NCBI RefSeq assembly: GCF_006345805.1
Contig: NC_043000.1
Span: forward strand, 132,184,001 to 132,248,000
DNA: 64,000 nucleotides
Direction of reading: 5' to 3'
From: Octopus sinensis
Lineage: Eukaryota
The translations under genes and the position numbers were made by a program. Under the pieces are notes generated by a model. The model was not told the DNA's origin and ran no database searches. It saw only the letters and a list, made by a program, of their open reading frames with translations. The first letter of the stretch is position 1. Each line of letters opens with the position of its first letter. Positions 53,505-64,000 of the stretch are shown piece by piece.

Positions 53505-56500
53505 TGACAAGATTGGGCATGTTATGCAACATGTGGGTGGTTTCCATGTCATGCATGATGGCAACAGATTTGATCCTGTTATGAGGAGGCAGCTGGAGTT
53601 CTGTGATGCAAATGACTTTTTAATCTGCAATAGGCACAGGAGCGGCTGTGTGGTAAGTAGCTTGCTTACCAACCACATGGTTCCGGATTCAGTCCCACTG
53701 CGTGACACCTTGGGCAAGTGTCTTCTACTATAGCCTCGGGCTGACCAAAGCCTTGTGAGTGGATTTGGTAGACGGAAACTGAAAGAAGCCCGTCGTATAT
53801 ATGTATATATATATATATGTGTGTGTGTATATGTTGTGTATCTGTGTTTGTCCCCCCAACATTACTTGACAACCGATGCTGGTGTGTTTATGTCCCTGTA
53901 ACTTAGTGGTTCGGCAAAAGAAACCGATAGAATAAGTACTAGGCTTACAAAGAATAAGTCTTAGGGTCGATTTGATTCGACTAAAGGCGATGCTCTAGCA
54001 TGGCCGCAGTCAAATGACTAAAACAAGTAAAATAAACCAACTTCAGGAAACCTGCCAGTCACCTGTTCACCCATCAATCTGGTAGGCACACTAGCCATAT
54101 TTATTACATTCTTGCCAGAAAACAGGGAAGATGATTGCTAATAAATGCCAAAAATTTCCCAGGTGAAGAATGCACCCCTAAAAATAGGTTAGTCATTAGA
54201 GATTTCAGAAGCAAGGCTAAAAAGCTACCAGAAAGACAACCAGTGTGAAAAAGAAAGGTTTGGAAGCTTAAGGATCCTCTGAATGGCAAGAGATTTAGAG
54301 ACGTGTTAACTGAAGCATTTGAGGAAAAAATGGGGGATATAGTGGCATATAACATGGAGGACAACTGGAAGTTTCTACAGAACAACCTGTTGAGGGCCAG
54401 TAATCAAATTTGTGGCTAGTACAAAGTCCCTTCTTGACCTTAGGTGACATGGTGATAGAATAGTGTAGTTGAAGGCTATTAGAGAAAAAAAACAGCCCTG
54501 AGAGAACTAGAAGTGTGGTGGTAGCAGGGAACTGTATCAGACAGCCAGAAGGTAGGCTAGGGGACAGGCATATTTAGCCCATGTAGAAACAGAAAAAGAA
54601 GTTTGCCAATGTTCTGCAGTGATAGGACCAGACTTGAAGTGTTTCAGCTTGCAAGACACTGTGTGAGAGAAAATCATGATTTCATAGGAGAGAAATGTAT
54701 TTAGTGATTCTGCAAAGAAAGAGACTTGGAAATACCATTATGAAAGGCTGCTAAATGTTGAGAATGCATGGGAGAAAGAGAGCCTGCCAAATGTAGATCC
54801 AACTGAGGGACCAGCTATCCAAATCGATAGTAGCTTGCTAGATAAAGCAATTAAGGATATGAAGACAGGGAAAGTCCCTGGCCCATCAGGAATCACCATG
54901 AGATGCTTAGAATATCTGGTAGATTAGGATATAGCTTAATCACCCATATAGTTAATCAGACTATCCACGAAGGAGCCATACCCAATAATTGCTGTAGCAG
55001 CATTATAATCAGCTGTTATAAAGGCAAAGGTGATGCCTTAGACAAAAATAATTACAGAGGCATCAGATTGCTGGAAGAGAGCATAGATGAGATGCAGTTT
55101 GGATTTGTGCTAAGTAAGAGCATGATTGATGCTGTATTCCCGGTTAGGCAACTGTAGGAGAAGTATTTAGCCAAAAATAACCTCTCTACTTGGCTTTTGT
55201 TGACATGGAGAAAGCCTTTGACAGAGTCCCTCATTCCCTTATCTGGTGGTCAATGTGGATGCTAGGGATAGATGAGTGAATAGTTAGAGTTGTACAAGCC
55301 ATGTACAGGGATGTTGCCAGTAAGGTGAAGGTTGGCAATGAGTATACAAATGAATTCAGTGTACAGATAGGAGTTCACCAAAGTTCAGTTCTCACCCACC
55401 TCTTGTTTATGTTAGTCCTCCAGGCCTTAACAGAGGAATTCAAGACCAGCTGCTCCTTGGAGCTCCTCTACACTGATGGCCTTTTTCTTATAACTGAGTC
55501 ACTACCTGACCGAGAGAAGAAATTTCAGGCGTGGAAGCAAGGGCTGGAATCTAAAGACCTTAGAGTTAATTTAGCAAACACCAAAGTCGTAATAAGTAGG
55601 AAAACAGACAAATCACAAGTCCCTTCAGGGATATGGCTCTGCTCAATACATAAGAAGTGTGCTGATAGAAACTCCATACATTGTACCCAGTGCAAGCTTT
55701 GGACACATAAGAGGAATAGCAGTATCACAGGAAGGTTAACAGAGAAAATAGTCTTTGTGTGTGGCAAATGTGCAGGCACAATAAGCACCAAAAATGTGCA
55801 GATAACAGACTCCCCCAAATGCTCAGGGGGAATCATTAGAAGTAGTAGATAGCTTCTGTTACCTAGGAGATCAAGTTAGCAGTGGAGGAGAAAGTTTAAT
55901 TGTTAGAGTAAGAATGGGCTGGGCAAAGTCCAGATAGCTTCTACCTTTGTCGGTAACTAAGGGCTTCTCCTTCAGAGTGAAAAGCTATGCTACATGGCAG
56001 TGAAACATGGGCTTTGATTACAGAGGACTTGTGAATGGTTAAGAGAAATGAAGCTGGCATAATCTGCTGGATGGGTAACATCTGTGTGCACACACAACAG
56101 AGCATAAATGATTTAAGAGGAAAACTGAGTATAAGAGGCATCAGATGTTGTGTGCAAGAAAGTAAACTGTACTGATTTGGCCATGTGATGTGTACGGATG
56201 AGTACAGCTGCATAATGAAGTGACAAGCTCTAACTGTGGAGGGAACCCAAAAAGATGTGAGATGAAGTGGTAAGAAAGGGTCTTCGGATGCAGAGCCTCA
56301 CTGAGGAAACGACATGGTGTCGTGGAGATTTGCTGTACTTGAGAAGATGTGTCAAGCTAAGTAAGATTGTTATCATCCATACATACAGGCGTGACTTTTG
56401 CAGGTGCTGGTGCCACATAGAATGCACTTGTGTCACCATGTCAGTGACACATAAAAATCACCCACAGGCATCCATCACACACTTTAATAAAGTGGTTTGC

Positions 56501-56620
56501 ATTAGGAAAGGCATCTAGTCATAGAAACCATGCCACAAGAGACAATTAGAATCTGGACAGCTCCTCAGCTGACCAACTTCATGTCAAACCATCCAACCTA
56601 TGCCAGCATGGAAAATGGAT
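53505..56620 (+). mobile_element. Decayed RTE-clade LINE interrupted by a SINE (53633-54035)
   Basis: Endonuclease remnants (LEFCDAND; RKPASHL), RT remnants (MQFGFV, DMEKAFDRVP, GVHQSSVL), 3' UTR ending in (GAT)n. Confidence 0.88.
53633..54035 (+). mobile_element. SINE family B (other copies ~1665-2027, 13860-14000, 41377-41560, 59033-59425 plus; 11455-11600, 58228-58430 minus)
   Basis: tRNA-like head GGCTGTGTGGTAAG...GGTTCAGTCCC, internal TA/TG microsatellite, conserved 3' tail. Confidence 0.85.
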
Positions 56621-56738
56621 GTTAAGCAATGAGGAGGAGGAGGAGGAGGATGGTGATGATGATGATGATGATGATGGAGGTGGTGGTGGTGGTGGTGAGG
56701 ACAATGATGATGATGATGATGACGACGACGACGACGAC

Positions 56739-56789
<51 letters not shown>

Positions 56790-57154
56790 AAAGAATAGTA
56801 TTGATAGTGACTTTGAAGTTTCAGGTTGGTCAAAATTTCAAAATCACTGTCAATATTATTCTTGTTAAAGAATGGAATACACAGGCTGAACATTCTTTAG
56901 TGAGGCAGAGCTATAGGAACCACACAGCCCTATGCTTTTTCTGCTCATTTGCAAACTACGTTTCAGTATGTATATGAGGTGCGTTTTCCTCAAGAGAGTT
57001 TGTCAAGCTCACAAATTTCACTTGAAGTGGCACAATTTGGTAGATTTCCATCATAACCCCAGTAGAGGAAGGGGAAAGGAGTCTTGCACACAGAAAATGT
57101 AGACTATATCCAATAACTTACCCGAGGTTTAATCGCCAAGTTAAATATTTAAAC

Positions 57155-57218
57155 CACCTGATGAATGACTGTAACTCGAAAATTTAAAGAAATTAGCAGC
57201 CATGAAACGATCGTAGTG
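57155..57218 (+). ncRNA. Type I hammerhead ribozyme with palindromic stem III
   Basis: CAC-CTGATGA-ATGACTG...CAGCCAT-GAAA-CGATCG-TA-GTG. Confidence 0.7.
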
Positions 57219-57542
57219 TTATATTAATTATATTTTTTTAATAATTTTGTTATATATTTAAATAATATAAATTAAATAATCTTATGTATTGGCTTAAGTT
57301 TTTCATTGTATGATTTGCCTAATAGTGGTTTTATCTCTAATTTAATATTATATATATATATATAGTTGCAAATTGAGACAGGGGTTGTAAAATGCAACCC
57401 ACCATGGGATACCATATATCCAATATACTGCTAGTAAGGTACCCAACAAAGTTAATACATAAATGTTAAGAATTGCGATACAATTAATTCATTTATTGTA
57501 TTATATGGGCAAAGGTAAAATGTTTTACCACAAATTCATAAT

Positions 57543-57981
57543 ACAAAATAAGAAAATGGAGAAATACATCGAAATCAAATATCAATTACCAGATAATACT
57601 CAATCACATACTTTATTAAACCACTACATAAGAAACTATAAGGTTAAACATAATAATGCAGGGTAAAGCAGTGTACATGAAGGAGTGTACATAAAATAGT
57701 AATGTTATACAATAAGTAGAATACGTATAATAGAACATAAATATAAGTACACATAAATAGAAATATAGACTTATGTGTACTTATATCCATGTTCTATTAT
57801 ACGTATTCTACTTATTGTATAACATTACTATTTTATGTACACTCCTTCATGTACACTGCTTTACCCTGCATTATTAGGGTTAACCTTATAGTTTCTTATG
57901 TAGTGGTTTAATAAAATATGTGATTGAGTATTATCTGGTAATTGATATTTGATTTCGATGTATTTCTCCATTTTCTTATTT

Positions 57982-57984
<3 letters not shown>
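57543..57984. repeat. Near-perfect inverted repeat (214-bp arms, 14-nt loop)
   Basis: 57543-57756 vs 57771-57984; about 5 mismatches counted by eye. Confidence 0.95.
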
Positions 57985-58022
<38 letters not shown>

Positions 58023-58497
58023 GAGTAAGCACATAAATGTGAAACAAGGTGGAAAAAAGAGTACTTAAATATAAAAGGTAGAGTAATATGCTTTATTGAA
58101 AAGTAGCAGAACTATAACAAAAGCTGTTACTCAGAGTTTCACATTCCCATTTGTCGGACAGTTTTGTTAAAATGGAACAGCTGTTCCATTTTGTTATATT
58201 TCTGCTGCTTTTAAATAAAGTATATACATATGTGTATATATTATTTGTTTCACTCATTAGACTGTGCCCATGCTGGGGCACCACCTTGAAGAATCTTTTA
58301 GTCGAATGAATCAACCCCCAGGACTTATTATTTTTTTAAACCTGGTAATTATTATATTGGTCTCTTTTGTCAAACTGCTAAGTTATGGGGATGTAAGCAT
58401 ACCAACACTGGTTGTCAAGCAGTAGTGGGAGACAAACACAGACACAGAGACACACATACACACACATTTTTGGCATGCAAATCACATAAACACGCAT

Positions 58498-58546
<49 letters not shown>

Positions 58547-59425
58547 TCAAAACTCATTATTCACTCAGTTGATACTCCAGATTTCAGATTTTATGCATTC
58601 TTCTACACAACAAGCTTGTTAGCTTACAGTTTCATTTGATATCAACAATGGTAAAAACCACCCAGACTTCTTCCCCGTTTTACCTTTTGATTTCTTTACT
58701 CCAGCTGCAATACTATCCCTGCAGCTGTCTCCAGCACCTAAGTATCAGTAACTATCAAGCTAAGGAATCTATAAACATTACTTCATGTATGCTTCCACAA
58801 CTTATTACAAAGGTACATCTGTCAGCCTCTCAAAGATCTCACAAAAACTTTTTGTAGGCCTTTTCTCACCACTGAGTATACACTATTTAGTGTTTACCAA
58901 CTACCTTCATATATATTTGTTAAATTCTCTCCAAATGTCACTGCAATTTTGAGCTCCCTATTACAAATTGCATTTACCATGTTGGCTATGATCTTTAAGT
59001 ACCTGGTCTTCAGTATATAAAATTTCCAAAGACACAGGCATAGCTGTGTGGTTAGGAGCTTGATTTTCATCCATATGGTTCCAGGTTCAGAACCCACTGA
59101 GTGGTACCTTGGGCAAATGTTTGCTATTTCAGACTGACCAAGGCCTTGTGAGTGGATTTGGTAGGCAAAAACAAGCCTATTGTACATAAGTGTGTGTGTG
59201 TTTGTGTCTGTATTTGTCCCCCCACCACCAGCATTGCTTGACAACTGTTGATGTGTTTACATTCCCTGTAACATAGCAGTTAGGCAAAAGAGATCAATAG
59301 AATAAGTACCAGGCTTTAAAAATAAAATAAGCATTGGGGTTGATTCATTCAACTAAAAATTCAAGATGGTGCCCCAGCTTGGCCACAGTCTAATGACTGA
59401 AACAGATAAAATATAAAAAGATAAA

Positions 59426-61355
59426 ATGAAGGTCACGGAGAGGGTCATAGTCCAACTAATTAGGGAGAGTGTCAGTTTAGATAAGATGCAGTTTGGGTCT
59501 GTGCCAGAGAAAAGCACCACTGATGCTATATTTCTGGTAAGACAGCTGCAGGAGAAATACCTAGCCAAAGATAAGCCCCTGTACCTGGCTTTCGTTGACA
59601 CGGAGAAAACCTTTGACAGGGTCCCCCAATCCCTTATCTGGTGGTCGATGAGGAAACTTGGGATATATGAATGGTTAGTAAAACCTGTGCAAGCCATGTA
59701 CAGGGATATTGTCAGTAAGGTGAGGGTTGGCAATGAATACAATGAAGAATTCTAGGTAGAAGTAGGGATCCACCAAGGTTCAGTACTCAGCCCCCTCCTA
59801 TTTATCATAGACCTCCAGGCAATAAAGGGGGAATTCAAGACAGGATGCCTCTGGTAGCTCCTCTATGCTGACGACCTTGCTCTAATTGCTGATTCACTAT
59901 CAGAACTAGAGAAGTTTCAGGTGTAGAAGCAAGGATTAGAATCAAAGAGCCTTAGAGTCAACCTAGCTAAAACCAAAGTCCTAATAAGTAGGAAGGCAGG
60001 CAAACTACAAATCCCTTCAGGTAGATGGCCCTGCTCAATCTATAGAAAAGGCATAGGTAGAAACTCTATAAGATGTACCCAGTGTAAGCTATGGACACAT
60101 AAGGGGTGCATCAATATCAAAGGAAGGCTAACTAGGAAGATAGTTTTTGTATGTGGCAGATGGTCAGGAGCAATAAACACTGAAAATGTGCAGAGAACAA
60201 CTTCTGCCACATTCCAGGAAGAAAAGCTAGAAGTAGTTGATAGCTTCCATTACCTAGGTAACCAAGTCAGTAGCATGGGAGTCTGTGCTGAAAGTGTAGC
60301 TGCAAGAATAAGAATAGCTTGGGCAAAGTTCAGAGAGCTCTTACTTCTGCTGGTGACAAAGGGCCTCTCTCTCAGAGTAAAAGGTAGACTGTATGACGCA
60401 TGCATACGAACAGACATGCTACATGGCAGTGAAACATGGGCAGTGACTACTGAGGACATGCATAACCTCGCAAGGAATGAAGCCAGTATGCTCTGCTGGA
60501 TGTGTAATGTCAGTGTGCATACTCAACAGAGTGTAGGTATCTTGAGAGAAAAGTTGGACCTAAGAAGCATCAGATGTGGTGTGCAAGAGAGACGACTGCA
60601 CTGGTATGGTCATGTGGCAAGAATGGATGAGGATAGCTGTGTGAAAAAGTTCCACATCCTAGCAGTTGAGGGAACCTGTGGAAGAGGTAGACCCAGGAAG
60701 ACCTGGAATGAGGTGGTGAAGCACGACCTTCAAACATTAGGCCTCACTGAGGCAATGACTAGTGACCAAGACCTTTGGTAATATGCAGTGCGTGAGAAGA
60801 TCCAGCAAGCCAAGTGAGACTATAACCTGTGGCTTATGCCAGGGATGTAATCAGCCCACTTATGCATATCTTTCCTTCATTGGACACTAAACTCTGCTTG
60901 CGAAGACCTGTTGAGGCAAATCGAAATCGAATCAAATTCAATGACTGGCACCCATGCCATTGGAGCGCTAAGAGTACCATCTGAGCATGATTGTTGCCAG
61001 AGCAGCTGACTGGCTTCTATGCCAGTGGCATGTAAAAATGCTGGTAGCACATGAAAAAGTATTCGAGCGAGGTCATTGCCATTGCTGCTTGACTGGCTCC
61101 TGTGCAGGTGGCACGTAAAAAATACCATTTGAGCATGGCTGTTGCCAGTACAGCCTGACTGGCCCTTGTGCTGGTGGCACATAAAAGCACCCACTACACT
61201 CTCGGAGTGGTTCACGTTAGGAAGGGTATCCAGCTGTAGAAGCTCTGCTAGATCAGATTGGAGCCTGGTGCAGCCATCTGGCTTGCCAGTCCTCAGTCAA
61301 ATCGTCAAACCCATGTTAACATGGAAAGCGGATGTTAAGCGATGATGATGATGAT
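59426..61355 (+). mobile_element. 5'-truncated RTE-clade LINE
   Basis: LDKMQFGSVPEKSTTDAIF, LAFVDTEKTFDRVP, LLYADD, WYGHVARM...GRGRPRKTW; (GAT)n tail. Confidence 0.92.
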
Positions 61356-61749
61356 AACTGTCTCAAGATCTATAATAAATAGTAGAGCAATAAAAACAGA
61401 GCCCTGATAAACACCTTTTGTACACTAAATTCTTTATTGAAATCACTTGCAATCATAACCTTACATAAGTTTATAGTATCTTTGTACATGACCTGACTGA
61501 CTGTTAACACGCTATTTGTCTTAATAGATTTATGCAGTAGCATCAAAACTCTCTAAATAGTTTACTTTCATTATCATCTGGTGTAGTTCCTTTTTCCCAT
61601 CTGGATTTGTACCACATAGAACTTTTCCCAACTATTCCTTTTCTGCCTTATTCAAGCAACTCATAGTATCATCAAACCATCAACACAGTGTTATAATTTT
61701 ATGGTAAATATTTCCAGTAAACAATTAACATTCAGATAGCAGATTATGA

Positions 61750-61818
<69 letters not shown>

Positions 61819-62279
61819 GATGATGATGATATTGCTGCCATAACCAGTCAGGTTCATTTGTAGTATTCTCGTTTGTGAGAGCAGTCAAGTTTATTTAAGA
61901 TATTCTCATTTTAAAAATCATCTCCGGCTAATAGTTGAGAGGATGCTGGTGTTGCCTTGGTGGAGATTTGCACTCTCTGGGTGCTCTTGTTTGTTGTTGT
62001 TGTTGTTGTTGTTATTGTTATTAAGACATCAAGCTGGCAGGATTGTTAGCATGCTGAGCAAAATGCTTAGTGGCATCTCATCTGCTTTCATTTTCTGAGT
62101 TCAAATTCTGCTGAAGTCAACTTTGCCATTCATCTCTTTTGTGAGGTGGTCTATAAAATAAGTACCAGTTGCATACTGATTTCAATGTAACTGACTAGCC
62201 ACTTCTCCCAAAATTTCAGACCTTGTGCCTATAGTAGAAAGGATTATCATTATTATTATCATTATTATTTTTCATTTTA

Positions 62280-62545
62280 CCTCAGGTTTTGTTGTAACTC
62301 CTGGAGTCTTGCATGCATAGTGGGTTTGCTGCTTGCAACCTACAGTGTCATGCTATCTGCTCTTTTCAACTATAATCTGCCGATTATTTTGGCCATGCCA
62401 AGGAGGCAAACCTTTTGTACTGGGCACTCTATTCTGATTTCCTTTATATTCCTCCTGATGCTTTCTGATATTTTCCCCAAGGACCCAACAATAATTAGCA
62501 CTATCTTCATCTTTTTCATTTTCCCGAGCAGGGCTACTTTGTACT
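62280..62545 (-). mobile_element. Second R4/Dong-like 3' fragment
   Basis: IIVGSLGKI...VQKVCLLGMAKI; flanked by TAA repeats. Confidence 0.7.
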
Positions 62546-62588
62546 TAATTATTGTTATTACTATTATTATTATTATTATTATTATTAC

Positions 62589-62654
<66 letters not shown>

Positions 62655-62659
62655 GTGAT

Positions 62660-64000
62660 GAAAACTCACAGCTTATTTTGCTGGGTATGATGGAAAGTGT
62701 CAGCTGTCCACAGTCAGCAGACTTTGGTGACATTTGTTTACTGGTCATGCTTCAAAAACCCTGTGAAGAATTCTTGCAGTTCCAAGCAATGCTGATTTTT
62801 GTAAGTGTTCTACTTTCACACTTGCACTTGGTAGTTGAGTGCTGATGCTTCCAAGTGCACCAATTACTATTGGTATCACATCTACTCTCTTCATTGATCA
62901 CAACCTTCGTATATTCCACTTCAAATTGTTATAGTTGTTTACTTTTTCTTCTTCTGTCACCAGGGCATGCTATGTCGATTATCACACATGTTCTTTCTTT
63001 TTTATTCACCACAACAATGTCTGGTTTTTGACATCTGGTCACATTGAATAATTGCATCCCACAGGATTTTGCAATTCTCATTTTCAGTGACTCCTTCTGA
63101 AGTTTTCTCATACCATGTCTTTACTCTTTGTAGGCCGTGATTTCCACAGAGCTCCCAATGGATCATTCTTGCCACATTGTCATGGCATCTTTTGTAAGTG
63201 CGTTGTGCCAATTTCAGGCATTTGCTAATGATGTGCCATACCATTTCATCCCCCTCACAACACATTCTGCATTTGTTACTTTCTGTAGTGTTGTCTATTC
63301 TGCACTTCTGATCCTTAATGCTTGTTCTTGAGCTGTGCATATGAGTGCTTCTATCTCTATCTTCAGGTCACTCCTCCTCATCCATAGCCATCAGTCCTCT
63401 GCATTTGTCTTGGTGTTCACTCTGGAAAATTGACCATACATTTTTTTTCTCCCATGCTTTTTCTTTTTTTTTTTTGTTCATTTCTTGTTTAAATTTTCTT
63501 TTGTTGCATAATTTTCAGTTTTGATGACACTAGCCTTCTTCGTGTGTTTCAACAGCGGCTCCACTGCATTATTTTACATGCCACCCTAGGCTGTTTTCCT
63601 CTGCTTTGATACAGCCCTGGAAACTAATGAAACCTCTTCCAATCTTTCTTGTGGACAAGTACAACCTATTGGTGTCACTCTTTGGGTAGAAGGCTATGTG
63701 TACTGTCAACATTTTTCTGGTCTTGTTATCCATTTTCTTCCCTTCTCTCTTTTGCCATTTTATAATTCCTGCTCCATACTAAAGTGATGCTATCACCCAC
63801 ATATTAACTGCTTGGATTTTATTCTATCCTGTCAATTTTGAGTGCAACACCAACCTCAGTCTTTGGAAATGCTTCATCCTCAGTTGCTCTTTCATTTTCT
63901 TTTCCATTATCTCATTGAACTCTAGTACACCAAGGTATTTGTATCCTTCCGTTTCAATTTGTTTAATCATGTCTCTATTCGGTAATGCTATCCCTGCAAG
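62660..64000 (-). mobile_element. R4/Dong-like non-LTR retrotransposon (C-terminal CCHC + REL endonuclease), truncated by the window edge
   Basis: CRMCCEGDEMVWHIISKC...HDNVARMIHWELC, KPDIVVVNKKERTCVIIDIACPGD, IPIVIGALG...QKSALLG. The 3' end runs into (TAA)n at 62547-62655. Confidence 0.85.

Noticed and set aside
62320-62845. Poly-I/N/L ORFs, and poly-M/S/H/D ORFs at 51237-51525 and 56579-56893
   Set aside because: Trinucleotide repeats (TAA target sites, GAT tails of RTE elements).
1-64000. CRISPR arrays, rRNA or true tRNA genes
   Set aside because: None seen; tRNA-like A/B boxes belong to SINE heads.

Overview
AT-rich, microsatellite- and transposon-dense animal genomic DNA; the repeat landscape suggests an octopus/coleoid cephalopod (inference, not a database match). 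The only host gene is the 5' part of BPTF/NURF301 on the minus strand: coding exon 1 at 46647-45587, a ~41.3-kb intron, then exons at 4290-4170, 2822-2701, 2244-2039 and 496-309, with consistent splice phases; the gene continues off the left edge. A CpG-rich promoter lies at ~46.7-47.4 kb. The rest is decayed mobile DNA: a near full-length CR1/L2-group LINE, RTE LINEs, R4/Dong-like elements in (TAA)n, mariner fragments, Helitron-type non-autonomous elements, two SINE families and Penelope-like (PLE) remnants. The main unexplained signal is a set of hammerhead ribozyme (HHR) motifs read by eye. Six have intact catalytic cores: 11309+, 27324-, 27517+, 57155+, and a direct-repeat pair at 49867-/50621- whose three strands are in a non-circularly permuted order and bracket a 754-nt non-coding, retrozyme-like unit. 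Several decayed HHRs and long foldback hairpins are also present. No folding software, alignments or database searches were run; all structures are manual and repeat boundaries are approximate.
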